DNA from: a virus
Reading direction: 5' to 3' (one strand)
Virus record (IMG/VR): IMGVR_UViG_2687453351_000002
Span: 2,312 to 66,311 of that record
Length of the DNA: 64,000 nt
This document shows, one piece after another, positions 55,614 to 64,000 of the stretch (position 1 is the first letter of the stretch; each line of letters begins with the position of its first letter). The notes beneath the pieces were generated by a model. That model saw only the letters and a program-made list of their open reading frames with translations. It was not told the origin of the DNA and did no database searches. Both the position numbers and the translations under genes were made by a program.

Positions 55614-55706
55614 GCGGCCCCCTTGCCCCCGGCCGCCGCGCGAAATGGCGCAGAGCCGGGGGCCGTGCCGCGAGTGGATCTGATGAAATTCGTCATGCCG
55701 CCTCCC

Positions 55707-56138
55707 TCACGCCGTGGTGCCGGTCTTGAGGCTGGCCGCCTTTCCCGCGAGCCAATCCCGCATGATGTCGACGGCTTCGAGCGTTTCCTTGACAGCGCGG
55801 AGTTGGCTGTCGGCATCCCCGGATTGCTCGGCCTCCGCCTGGGCCATGACGGCCTCGGTCGCTTCCTTCAGCGTGTGGACGTGCGTCACCGCAGGGACAG
55901 CCCCGCAATGCTCGTTCGCGCGCCGCAGGAAGTTGGCGAAGGCGATGTCGCCTGTTGCCTTCTGCAGCGCGACCACCTGCGCGAACGTGATGTCGAGATG
56001 CCCGTTCTGGATCTTCGAGATCGTGCCGCGCGAAACCGGCTCGCCATATTCGGCTTCGATGGCGGCGCAGGCGGCGTCCACACCTCCGACACGGGCAATG
56101 GTGGCCCGGGCCATGTGCATGAAGAGCCGCTTATCCAT
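55707..56138 (-). CDS. CII-position HTH regulator
   Basis: VSRGTISKIQNG HTH; follows cro; upstream start at 56210 possible. Confidence 0.6.
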   Translation of the reverse strand: MDKRLFMHMARATIARVGGVDAACAAIEAEYGEPVSRGTISKIQNGHLDITFAQVVALQKATGDIAFANFLRRANEHCGAVPAVTHVHTLKEATEAVMAQAEAEQSGDADSQLRAVKETLEAVDIMRDWLAGKAASLKTGTTA

Positions 56139-56246
56139 GGGAAACGCCTTTTCCTTGAGGGGGGCTCGCGCTGCGCGCACCTTGGGCGCATGGAGCAAAG
56201 CCGTTTTCATCGTTCATTTGAGGAGTGGGGGACCGGGGGCGCGGCA

Positions 56247-56480
56247 TCAGGCGGCGTCCCCGGTGGGTGTGGGGATGAAGTCCGCCGGGGAGAGGGGGAC
56301 GCCCCTCTTGGCGGCGAGTTCAAGAAGCTTCGGAATGTGCCTGTATGGCACGAGGCCGTCCGTGCCGCCCCGCTCGCGCGAGGCCTGCCACATCGACACC
56401 CGCGTCCGGTGAATGCCAATGACTTTCGCTACTGCGGAGGGGCCGCCAAGGGCCGAAATGATGGTGCTAGCCGGTTCCAT
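56247..56480 (-). CDS. Cro-like repressor
   Basis: IISALGGPSAVAKVIGIHRTRVSMW..GLVP. Confidence 0.85.
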   Translation of the reverse strand: MEPASTIISALGGPSAVAKVIGIHRTRVSMWQASRERGGTDGLVPYRHIPKLLELAAKRGVPLSPADFIPTPTGDAA

Positions 56481-56488
56481 ACAGCAGA

Positions 56489-56541
56489 TGTAGCGATTTT
56501 AGCTACCAATCGCAATATGGCTTGTAGCGATTTTCGTTACA
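56489..56541. promoter_or_regulatory. Two operators, consensus TGTAGCGA-N3-TCGCTACA
   Basis: 56489-507 and 56523-541 between cro and cI. Confidence 0.8.
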
Positions 56542-56578
56542 GATGATGATTGGCGTCGCGGATATGCTGTTCGCTGAC

Positions 56579-57229
56579 ATGGCTCCGCGAACCCCGATAT
56601 CAGCGCCCCTTAACGAGTGGCTCATTCAAGCTCTGGATCACTCCGGGCTGAGCCAGTCGGCTTTGGCCGAACTTCTTGACGCGCGAGTGCAGAAGAAGAT
56701 CGACCGCTCGATCATCAACAAGATGACACTGGGCAAGCGAACGATCTCGGCTGAAGAAATGCTGTTGATCTCGGAGATCACTGGCTTTGACCTACCTAGC
56801 GATACGGCTCGGATCGCTACCATAGCCATCGCTGGCAAGGTTGGCGCAGGCGCGCGGGTGCCCGTCTTCGACACCTACGAGAAGGGCGACGGGCCGCAAG
56901 TCGAGTGTCCGCCGGGGCTGTCGCCGCACAACATCGTGGCGGTGGAGATCGAGGGCGATAGCATGGAGCCGGTCTATTCGGCTGGCGATCTGCTGTTCTA
57001 CACGCGCTGGTCGGACGGAAGCGTGCCCAGCGAGGCCGTAGGCAAGCGATGCGTTTGCGAGTGCGAAGAGGGGCTAGGCTGGGTGAAGGTTGTTCGCCCA
57101 GGACGAGACCATGGCACCTTCGATCTGCACAGCTTCAACGACCAGACGCCGACGATGTACGGGGTCCGGCTCAAGTGGGCGGCACCGATCAAGCTGCATT
57201 GGCCAGCGGAGTTGGCGAGGAAGGTATAG
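56579..57229 (+). CDS. cI: CI repressor with S24 peptidase domain
   Basis: N-terminal HTH, VGAG cleavage site, GDSM and WVK catalytic motifs. Confidence 0.92.
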   Translation: MAPRTPISAPLNEWLIQALDHSGLSQSALAELLDARVQKKIDRSIINKMTLGKRTISAEEMLLISEITGFDLPSDTARIATIAIAGKVGAGARVPVFDTYEKGDGPQVECPPGLSPHNIVAVEIEGDSMEPVYSAGDLLFYTRWSDGSVPSEAVGKRCVCECEEGLGWVKVVRPGRDHGTFDLHSFNDQTPTMYGVRLKWAAPIKLHWPAELARKV

Positions 57230-57352
57230 GGGCGCTGCTGTGTTCTGCGGCCCGGGTGCGCCATGCCCTTTCGCAAGGGGCTATATACTTAACTAGCCCC
57301 TACGCCTTGGCGATCTACCTTACCTATACTATGTTCCGTGCGGGAGGCTATC

Positions 57353-57820
57353 ATGTCAGCACAGACCATCGCAGACGACGTGCTTAAGCTTGCCAAGAGG
57401 CGACGGCTTGCGCTCACGCCAATGCAGCTTATGAAGCTCGTTTACATTGCTTATGGATGGCACTTGGCGATGCAGGGTAGCAAGCTGTTCAATGAGCGCA
57501 TCGAAGCATGGAAGTATGGTCCGGTGATCCCAGACCTTTACCAAGCCACGAAACACTTCGGCGGCTCCGCCATCCCCGCCCACCTCATCGCGAACGCTCC
57601 AACCTCACATCCTGAACTTGAAGCGTTTCTCGACAGCATCGTTGAAAATTACGGCAAATATTCGGGGGTCGCATTGTCGAACCTCACTCACCGAGCTGGC
57701 ACGCCATGGCATCGAGTATATCGCCCGAATGTACTTAACATAGAAATTCCAGACGAATTTATCCGTGAGCATTATCAGCAAGGTTTAGATGCAAGACGAG
57801 CCACCGCCGCCGCCAACTGA
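57353..57820 (+). CDS. Panacea domain (DUF4065/SocA/GepA) protein
   Basis: LTPMQLMKLVYIAYGWHL, EAWKYGPV, LSNLTH..TPW. Confidence 0.9.
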   Translation: MSAQTIADDVLKLAKRRRLALTPMQLMKLVYIAYGWHLAMQGSKLFNERIEAWKYGPVIPDLYQATKHFGGSAIPAHLIANAPTSHPELEAFLDSIVENYGKYSGVALSNLTHRAGTPWHRVYRPNVLNIEIPDEFIREHYQQGLDARRATAAAN

Positions 57821-58139
57821 GTGGGCAAAGGGCCATGAATGGGAAACAGATCAAGTCGCGAAGAACGAAGTTTCTAAGTGGCCTGATCCAGCCTCTCTTA
57901 AGGGCACCAAAGATACGAACACGTTGCGCTTGCTTCGGAACTCCGGTCTCATAGCAGTGTGTCTAATGTGGTTCTTTGCGGCAGTTTTCGTTGCCAGCAT
58001 GGTCGTCTGGCTGTTCCACTTTCTTACGCCATGGGGCTGGCTCACTGATCTGCAGCTATCAAAAATTCAAACCGTTGTCTTCTCTGGGAGCTTAGGGGCC
58101 TTGGTGTCAGCGTTCGCCCAAAAGCACATTTCTCAATAG
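57789..58139 (+). CDS. Two-TM membrane protein overlapping Panacea gene
   Basis: Hydrophilic N-terminus, then LIAVCLMWFFAAVFVASMVVWLF and VVFSGSLGALVSAF. Confidence 0.7.
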   Translation: MQDEPPPPPTEWAKGHEWETDQVAKNEVSKWPDPASLKGTKDTNTLRLLRNSGLIAVCLMWFFAAVFVASMVVWLFHFLTPWGWLTDLQLSKIQTVVFSGSLGALVSAFAQKHISQ

Positions 58140-58340
58140 TCATTTTCATCAAGTGGCAACTCAAGCTGAGTACCTTTTTTCGGAAAGGCTCGGTTTGACA
58201 TAGTTGTAAACTGTTCCCATGTAGCGCTAGCGCGCATCAAGCCTATGACCGCGTGAAGATGCTGTGCAAGTGCCGGGTGTCCAATGTCGTCAGTAAGGAA
58301 CTGGTGATGCTTCCGCACCCTTCCGCCATCTTCCTACTTT
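58133..58340 (-). pseudogene. C-terminal remnant of a P63C-domain phage protein
   Basis: HHQFLTDDIGHPALAQHLHAVIGLMRAS..W..F..AFPK; in-frame TAG just upstream. Confidence 0.65.
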
Positions 58341-58434
58341 GGACTAAACTTTATGGTTGACTTAACCAGCCAATCTCCGCCAGAGATCTCTAGCTAGTTA
58401 GGCATACAGCCCCTTTCGCAAAGGTAATGGAGAC

Positions 58435-59169
58435 TTAGCGCCACTCCGGCCCATCATAGTCCGCAGGTGGTTCCACATCATCCCATCTCGCTGCAATTTC
58501 CTTGCACGATTCCGCTACACGTTCGCGAAACCGCGCGTGGGATACGCTGGCCTTCACGATTTCATGCTCAGCCAAGTCCGCGGCCATGCACAGCCTTGCC
58601 AATGGCTCCATTTGCCCACCCTCTAGCGCCCAAAGCACAAGGCCTGACGTGGTGACCAGACGCTCCTTTAGAGATCCGCGATCGGCAGAAAAGGCAAACA
58701 GAAGCACGATCCCGCCAGTGTACGTAACATCTTCTTTTGTCTCCGTGACCTGCGCGTCCAGGCTAACATTTAATTTCACGCCCTCGACTCGAGTGGAGAT
58801 CATCTTGGGGCTGGGGGAAATAGTCAGCCGTGAGAAACTCTTGGGGTTGAATGTTGCCTGAAAGGCTCGGACGGCCCTTGAACACCTCAGAGCCTCGTCG
58901 CGATGGTACCCGCTCTCCCTTCTGGCCTTGTCGTCAAGCCTGTCGATGAGGAACTCCAAGCCATCCCGGTCGAAATTTGGCTTGGACAGCGCCTGCTTTA
59001 GGGGCTTGCGAATCTGCACGTACGAGGCCACTTCCACCTTCTTGGGGAACTTCGCGGCGCGTATGGCTTTTGTCCGCTGTGTCGCATTCGTGGTCGCGAA
59101 GTACTCCGCTATGTGATTCACTGAGAACTGTGGCGACCGGTTGAAGCGGTAGTTCGGGGAGGCTGACAT
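58435..59169 (-). CDS. Hypothetical protein, possibly SocB-like / PD-(D/E)XK-like fold
   Basis: Intact 244-aa AT-rich ORF; FSVNHIAEY..Y...CKEIAARW pattern; family call is recollection only. Confidence 0.5.
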   Translation of the reverse strand: MSASPNYRFNRSPQFSVNHIAEYFATTNATQRTKAIRAAKFPKKVEVASYVQIRKPLKQALSKPNFDRDGLEFLIDRLDDKARRESGYHRDEALRCSRAVRAFQATFNPKSFSRLTISPSPKMISTRVEGVKLNVSLDAQVTETKEDVTYTGGIVLLFAFSADRGSLKERLVTTSGLVLWALEGGQMEPLARLCMAADLAEHEIVKASVSHARFRERVAESCKEIAARWDDVEPPADYDGPEWR

Positions 59170-59404
59170 GGACGACATCACGCTGGTTGCTAAGCTTGTC
59201 GATGGAACAACGGTATACGTGTCACCTCTTCATGACCAGACTTATAGCGAGTACGTCGAAGCCGACAATCTCGGCGGCTCAGCGGGATACTTCATCGCTC
59301 GAGAGCGCCTAGATCAGTTCGAAATTCTTGCTAAGGCATCGAGCCTGGATGCAGCGCGCGAAATTTTCGGGATGCTCACGTCATCCCGTTTGGCCGCCAG
59401 CTAA
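59168..59404 (+). CDS. 78-aa acidic hypothetical protein
   Basis: GGGGAGG RBS; ATG shared in CATG with divergent ORF. Confidence 0.55.
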   Translation: MDDITLVAKLVDGTTVYVSPLHDQTYSEYVEADNLGGSAGYFIARERLDQFEILAKASSLDAAREIFGMLTSSRLAAS

Positions 59405-59465
59405 GGTTATATCCCCCAGCGGTAAACCGCAGGTTTTTTGCTCTTCCTTCTCGGTGACAGCCCAG

Positions 59466-59489
59466 ACCCCGCCGCGCGCGGGGTTTTCT
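59466..59489 (+). terminator. Terminator before PL
   Basis: ACCCCGC-CGCGC-GCGGGGT-TTTCT. Confidence 0.65.
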
Positions 59490-59524
59490 ATGCTGTCACC
59501 CCGGGGCTGATGGGGTGACAGGAA

Positions 59525-59580
59525 TGTAGCGAAAAGAGCTACAATCTGTATTGCCAAAGGTAGCGATTATCGCTACATAT
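59525..59580 (+). promoter_or_regulatory. PL-like promoter with two operators
   Basis: Operators 59525-43 and 59559-77 match OR consensus; TTGCCA...GCTACAT. Confidence 0.75.
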
Positions 59581-59609
59581 CTCCTTGCAACAACAGCAAG
59601 GGGGTTCCC

Positions 59610-59735
59610 ATGAGCAACACCGAATACCCGCTGAGCTGGCGCGGCTTCGCCCTCGCGCTGTTCATCGCCGCAACCCAGCTCGGGTTGATCGCCGCGGCCT
59701 TCCACTTCCTCGCGTCCCTGCGGGGTGCGCTGTGA
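59610..59735 (+). CDS. 41-aa membrane peptide
   Basis: MSNTEYPLSWRGFALALFIAATQLGLIAAAF... Confidence 0.5.
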   Translation: MSNTEYPLSWRGFALALFIAATQLGLIAAAFHFLASLRGAL

Positions 59736-59971
59736 TGCTGGCGCTGAACGGACCCCACTGGCTGGTGATGGCCGATTTCGGCCCCCTTGGCGTCGGCGCA
59801 CCCGATCCCGCTGCGACATGGGACGACGCGCTGGACCAGCTCGCCGCCGCTGCTGACGAGGACCGGCCCGCCCGGGTCTTCCGGCTCGATTTCAACGCCC
59901 CGGCCATGACCGAGGTCACGGACGAAGCGTGGCGCGGGCTCGAGGGCCGCCTCGCGGGGATGGCGGCATGA
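59735..59971 (+). CDS. Hypothetical phage protein
   Basis: TGATG-coupled ORF. Confidence 0.55.
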   Translation: MLALNGPHWLVMADFGPLGVGAPDPAATWDDALDQLAAAADEDRPARVFRLDFNAPAMTEVTDEAWRGLEGRLAGMAA

Positions 59972-60207
59972 TCGGCCCTCTCCGCACCGCCGAGGCGCTG
60001 GACCCGATCAGCACGCCACAGGGCCGGGCCGAGGCCCGCGACCGCCGCCGGGCGATCCTGCGCGAAGCGGCCCGGGCCGCGCGCTGGCTGGCCTGGACCT
60101 CCCTTGGCCTGCTTGTGATCGGCCTGATCGGCCACGTCGCCGACAAGGCCATCGGGCAGGTGATCCACGACATGCACGGAAGCGAGGTGAGCCAATGGGC
60201 GAGCTAA
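59968..60207 (+). CDS. Small membrane protein
   Basis: ATGA-coupled, one TM helix. Confidence 0.5.
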   Translation: MIGPLRTAEALDPISTPQGRAEARDRRRAILREAARAARWLAWTSLGLLVIGLIGHVADKAIGQVIHDMHGSEVSQWAS

Positions 60208-61055
60208 CGAGGATCCCGCAGGAGGACGCCGCGACCCCGGCCAGCCTCGGGGCGATCACCCCCATGGGGATGATCTCGCAGGCCGTCGCGAACGGCGCAA
60301 ACATCGAGACTGTCGAGCGGCTGATCGCCCTGCATGAACGCTGGGAATCCGGGCGCGCCCGGAAGGCATTCGACGCGGCGATCTCGGCGGCCCGGGCTGA
60401 AATCAAGCCCATCGTGAAGGGCTCGACGGTCGATTACGCGAGCAAGAAGTCGGGCGACCGGACCAATTACTCCTATGAGACCCTCGACGCGATTGCGCGC
60501 GAGGTCGACCCGATCCTCGCCCAGCACGGCCTTTCCTATCGCTTCCGCTCCCAGCAGAGCGACCGCGGCGGGCTGGCCGTGACCTGCATCGTCGCCCATT
60601 GCGACGGCTACAGCGAGGAAACGACCCTCAGCGGCCCGCCCGACCAGAGCGGCAACAAGAACGCCTATCAGGCCATCGGCAGCGCCGCGACCTACCTGCA
60701 GCGATACACGCTCAAGCTCGCGCTGGGGCTCTCGGCCGCGAAGGACGACGATGCGCAGGGTGCCGGGGCCCAGGGCGCCGGGGCCCCGAGTGAAGGTCGC
60801 GGGAACGGCCGCGCGCCCGAAACGCCCCGCTTTGACCCGAAGGCTGCAGCCGGGCGCATCCGGCGCAAGCTCGAAGCGGCCCGGACGCTGGACGATCTCA
60901 GCCGGATCTGGCGGCAGGAAGAGGCCGCCGTGATCGTCGAGATCAAGGCGGCCGAGCCCGGCCTCTATTCCGAGCTCGAGCGCAGCAAGGATGCCCGGAA
61001 GCTGACCCTGACGCGCGCCGCCTCCGACATTGGCGACGACGAAATCCCGTATTGA
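60195..61055 (+). CDS. ERF-family single-strand annealing protein
   Basis: YSYETLDAI..LAQHGLSY..QAIGSAATYLQRYTLKLALGL..DDD. Confidence 0.88.
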   Translation: MGELTRIPQEDAATPASLGAITPMGMISQAVANGANIETVERLIALHERWESGRARKAFDAAISAARAEIKPIVKGSTVDYASKKSGDRTNYSYETLDAIAREVDPILAQHGLSYRFRSQQSDRGGLAVTCIVAHCDGYSEETTLSGPPDQSGNKNAYQAIGSAATYLQRYTLKLALGLSAAKDDDAQGAGAQGAGAPSEGRGNGRAPETPRFDPKAAAGRIRRKLEAARTLDDLSRIWRQEEAAVIVEIKAAEPGLYSELERSKDARKLTLTRAASDIGDDEIPY

Positions 61056-61065
61056 GGCAGATCCC

Positions 61066-61791
61066 ATGAACGACATGACCCCGACCTCCTCGAAAGAGGG
61101 TGCGAACCCGCGCGCCGTGATCGGCGGAAACAATCCGCCGGACCCGCTGGACGAGGCGCTGGCCCCCTATGGCGATTTCATCACCGAGGCCGAGAGCTGG
61201 CTTGACGGAACGCAGGTCACGACCGCGGCCCAGATGAAGGCGGTCGACGATCTGGCGAAGGAGATCAAGGCGGCCGAGAAGGCCGTCAGCACGGCCCGGG
61301 ACGCGGCGACGAAGCCGCTCCATGCGGCATGGCAGGCCGAAATCGCGCGCTGGAAACCGACGCTGGAAGACCTCGACCGGATCAAGAAAGGGCTCGCCGC
61401 TCTGGTGAGCGCCTTCAAGGTCAGGCTCAAGGCCGAACAGGACGCGGCCGCCCGGAAGGCCCGGGCCGAAGCCGACCGCAAGCGCCGGGAGGCCGAGGAA
61501 GCGACCCGGACGGCCGCAGCGGGCGACATCGAGGCGCAGCGCGCCGCCGCCCAGGCTCAGGCCGAGGCGAAGGCCGCCCGGAAAGCCGCCAGCGCGGCCG
61601 GCAAGGATCGGGTGAAAGGGGTCCGCACCGTCACCCGGTACGAGTTCGAGAGCCACAAGGCCGCCCTGCACGACATCGCCAAGAACGACCGCGACGCCCT
61701 GACGGATTTCGTCGAGGAATATGTGCGGCGCCACCACAAGAACCGGGTGATCGCGGGCGTCCGCGTCTGGGAAGAGCAGGAGGCGTATTGA
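61066..61791 (+). CDS. Coiled-coil phage recombination-region protein
   Basis: VIGGNNPP start; helical; adjacent to ERF. Confidence 0.6.
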   Translation: MNDMTPTSSKEGANPRAVIGGNNPPDPLDEALAPYGDFITEAESWLDGTQVTTAAQMKAVDDLAKEIKAAEKAVSTARDAATKPLHAAWQAEIARWKPTLEDLDRIKKGLAALVSAFKVRLKAEQDAAARKARAEADRKRREAEEATRTAAAGDIEAQRAAAQAQAEAKAARKAASAAGKDRVKGVRTVTRYEFESHKAALHDIAKNDRDALTDFVEEYVRRHHKNRVIAGVRVWEEQEAY

Positions 61792-61967
61792 TGTCCGCCG
61801 CTGATCCTCTCGCCGCTGCCCTAGAAGACCTGCGCGCCTCGATCCTCTCCACGCTGGATGCGGGCGAGGGGTCCAGGATGCGCCGACTGCTCGACATGCA
61901 CCCCGTCCACCAGGCCCTCACCGATGTCGAGCGCCTGATCCGCCGAGCCGAGGAGAACCGCCAATGA
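61791..61967 (+). CDS. Small hypothetical protein
   Basis: Coupled ORF. Confidence 0.45.
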   Translation: MSAADPLAAALEDLRASILSTLDAGEGSRMRRLLDMHPVHQALTDVERLIRRAEENRQ

Positions 61968-62149
61968 CCCGCAACGCGCTGGCCGATCTGGCCGAAGAAT
62001 ATGAACGCCGCGAGCGCGCTGCGGGCGGGCTTGCCGGGGGCGCCGATCCCGAAATGATCTTCGCGGAAATGGCCGAGGACCACGCGCTTTCCGCCGCCGA
62101 GATCGCGGAAGTCGTGCGGGCCTCCTGGGTCGGGCTGGGGGCGTGCTGA
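61964..62149 (+). CDS. Small hypothetical protein
   Basis: Coupled ORF. Confidence 0.5.
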   Translation: MTRNALADLAEEYERRERAAGGLAGGADPEMIFAEMAEDHALSAAEIAEVVRASWVGLGAC

Positions 62150-62562
62150 TGCAGAACCCGCCCGCCATTCTGATCCAGAAGACGCCCTCCGGGCTCATGC
62201 CCTACGGCCCCCACAGCGGCCCGATGCTGGACGACCTGCCTATCGGGCAGGTGCTGACCGCGAAGCCCCGCAAGGGCCGCCTGCTGCCGTGGAACGGCGC
62301 GTATTGGGCGGGGCTGCGCACTGCCGTTGAGAACTCGGAGGCGTGGCCTACCGACAAGCACCTGCACCAGGACCTCAAGCGCCTCTGCGGCTATGTCGAG
62401 CACTATTTCAGCCCGCTTTCGGGGCAATGGGAGATCCGCGTCCAGTCCACCGCCTTCGACAGGATGGGGCAGCCGGAATTCGCGGCCTTCTTCCGGCTCG
62501 CGCAGATGCGGTTCGCCCAGCAGATGGGGTTTGACCCGTGGGCCGTGGGGAGCGCGGCATGA
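62149..62562 (+). CDS. NinB/DUF1367-like recombination protein
   Basis: YWAGL..LHQDLKRLCGY..STAFDRMGQPEF. Confidence 0.65.
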   Translation: MQNPPAILIQKTPSGLMPYGPHSGPMLDDLPIGQVLTAKPRKGRLLPWNGAYWAGLRTAVENSEAWPTDKHLHQDLKRLCGYVEHYFSPLSGQWEIRVQSTAFDRMGQPEFAAFFRLAQMRFAQQMGFDPWAVGSAA

Positions 62563-62915
62563 CCGATCTGTCCGCACGCGGCCCGCTCGGGCTCAAGGCA
62601 CCGCGCGTGCCGGATGACCCGGCCCATCTCGCCCGCATCCGGTCGCTGCCCTGCTGCATCTGCGCCGAATGGGGCCTGCCGCAGCTTTCGCCCACACAGG
62701 CGCATCACTGCATCCACGGCCGGTTCAGCGCGCGCCGCGCTCCCGACTGCATGGCGATCCCGCTCTGCGAGGGCCACCACCAGGGCCTGCTCGATGGCTC
62801 GAAGCTCGCCCTGCACCAGGCCCCGAGCCGCTGGCGGCGGCTTTATGGCAACGACACCGACTGGATTTCGTGGGCCGAGGACCGCCTGCGCGAACGAGAG
62901 GAACAGACGATATGA
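62559..62915 (+). CDS. HNH-like Zn-binding nuclease (DUF968/Ref-like)
   Basis: LPCCIC..QAHH..AIPLCEGHH. Confidence 0.7.
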   Translation: MTDLSARGPLGLKAPRVPDDPAHLARIRSLPCCICAEWGLPQLSPTQAHHCIHGRFSARRAPDCMAIPLCEGHHQGLLDGSKLALHQAPSRWRRLYGNDTDWISWAEDRLREREEQTI

Positions 62916-63175
62916 GCGAAGAAGCCCAAACCGACGCGACCTACCGCGTCACCGCAGGCGAACTGCGCCAATTCATCGAGCGCTTCGAGCGCCTGGAGGC
63001 CGAGAAGAAGGATCTCGCGGACCAGCAGAAGGAGGTGATGGCCGAGGCCAAGGCCCGCGGCTACGACACCGGCGTGATGCGCAAGCTGATCGCCCTGCGC
63101 AAGCGCGACAAGGACGACATCGCCGAAGAGGAAGCCATCCTCGAGATGTACAAAGATGCGCTGGGGATGGGCTGA
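62912..63175 (+). CDS. gapR: GapR (DUF2312) DNA-binding protein
   Basis: ELRQFIERFERLEAEKK..EAKARGYDT..LRK..EEEAILEMY. Confidence 0.92.
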   Translation: MSEEAQTDATYRVTAGELRQFIERFERLEAEKKDLADQQKEVMAEAKARGYDTGVMRKLIALRKRDKDDIAEEEAILEMYKDALGMG

Positions 63176-63178
63176 GCC

Positions 63179-64000
63179 ATGGCTGACGGTTCGTCTCTTC
63201 TGTTCGACTTCGCGGCCGAGCGCCCGGCCGATCCCCGTCCGATGATCATCGACAGCTTCGCGGGCGGTGGCGGGGCCTCGACCGGGATCGAGATGGCGCT
63301 CGGCCGAAGCCCCGATGTCGCGATCAACCACAGCGGCCCGGCGCTGGCCCTGCACCAAGCCAACCACCCGGAGACCCTGCACCTCAACAGCAACATCTGG
63401 GACGCGGACCCGCTGAGCGTGACCGGCGGGCGCCATGTCGGGCTGCTCTGGGCCAGCCCGGACTGCAAGCACTTCTCGAAGGCCAAGGGCGCGGCGCTCT
63501 GCGACCGCAACATCCGCGATCTCGCCTGGGTCGTCGTCAGATGGGCCGAGGAGGCCCGGCCCGACGTGATCTGCATGGAGAATGTCGAGGAGTTCGTGAC
63601 CTGGGGGCCGGTCGGCGAGGACGGGCGGCCGATCCGCGAGTTTGCGGGCATGACCTATGAGCTCTGGGTCAAGCGGCTGCGCAAGGCGGGCTACAAGGTC
63701 AAATGGCGCGAACTGCGGGCCTGCGACTACGGCGCGCCCACGATCCGCAAGCGCTGGTTCTGTGTCGCGCGGCGGGACGGCCGGCCCATCGCCTGGCCCG
63801 CGCCGACCCATGGCGATCCGGCCAGCCCGGCGGTCCGCAAGGGCAGGCTGCTGCCGTGGCGCGCGGCCGCCGACTGCATCGACTGGTCGCTGCCCTGTCC
63901 GTCGATCTTCGACAGCTCGGCCGAGATCATGGCCCGGCACGGCCTGCGCGCGGTGCGCCCGCTGGCGGAGAACACGCTCGCCCGGATTGCCCGCGGCATG
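63179..64000 (+). CDS. DNA cytosine-5 methyltransferase (partial)
   Basis: FAGGGG, SPDC, ENV, RKR motifs; runs off window. Confidence 0.92.
   Translation, partial: MADGSSLLFDFAAERPADPRPMIIDSFAGGGGASTGIEMALGRSPDVAINHSGPALALHQANHPETLHLNSNIWDADPLSVTGGRHVGLLWASPDCKHFSKAKGAALCDRNIRDLAWVVVRWAEEARPDVICMENVEEFVTWGPVGEDGRPIREFAGMTYELWVKRLRKAGYKVKWRELRACDYGAPTIRKRWFCVARRDGRPIAWPAPTHGDPASPAVRKGRLLPWRAAADCIDWSLPCPSIFDSSAEIMARHGLRAVRPLAENTLARIARGM

Larger units (their letters stand above)
27360..64000. mobile_element. Prophage 2, temperate siphovirus with MuF/DUF2213 head module; right end outside window
   Basis: Lysis-tail-head-terminase-replication-cro/cI-early order; left boundary inferred from tRNA fragment. 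Confidence 0.9.

Overview
The window is almost entirely two tandem, same-orientation temperate siphovirus prophages in a high-GC alphaproteobacterium. A Rhodobacteraceae-like host is inferred from the GapR and VgrG sequences. Prophage 1 (<1-27409) has an HK97-type head/tail operon on the minus strand, a P4-type primase/helicase replicon, a cro/cI switch with five mappable operators, an early operon and an intact tyrosine integrase. It ends at a 50-bp 3' fragment of tRNA-Arg(CCT), interpreted as the att site. Prophage 2 (27360->64000) has a different head module (DUF1073 portal, MuF, DUF2213), a lambda-O-like replicon with iterons, an S24-type CI and a SAR-endolysin lysis cassette. The most notable accessory content is: (i) an AT-rich T6SS module of VgrG remnant, DUF4123 adaptor, unassignable effector and signal-peptide immunity gene that the att geometry places inside prophage 2; (ii) a MuF head protein with a C-terminal HExxH metalloprotease-like toxin and a coupled small ORF; (iii) a Panacea/SocA-like gene plus membrane gene and a possible SocB-like gene in the lambda rexAB position; (iv) a prophage 1 moron gene frameshifted by an 8-bp tandem repeat, a possible phase-variation switch; and (v) a mirror-symmetric 337-bp iteron array. 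Most long plus-strand ORFs in the supplied track over the structural operons are GC-rich antisense shadows. Family names come from motif recognition only; no searches were run.
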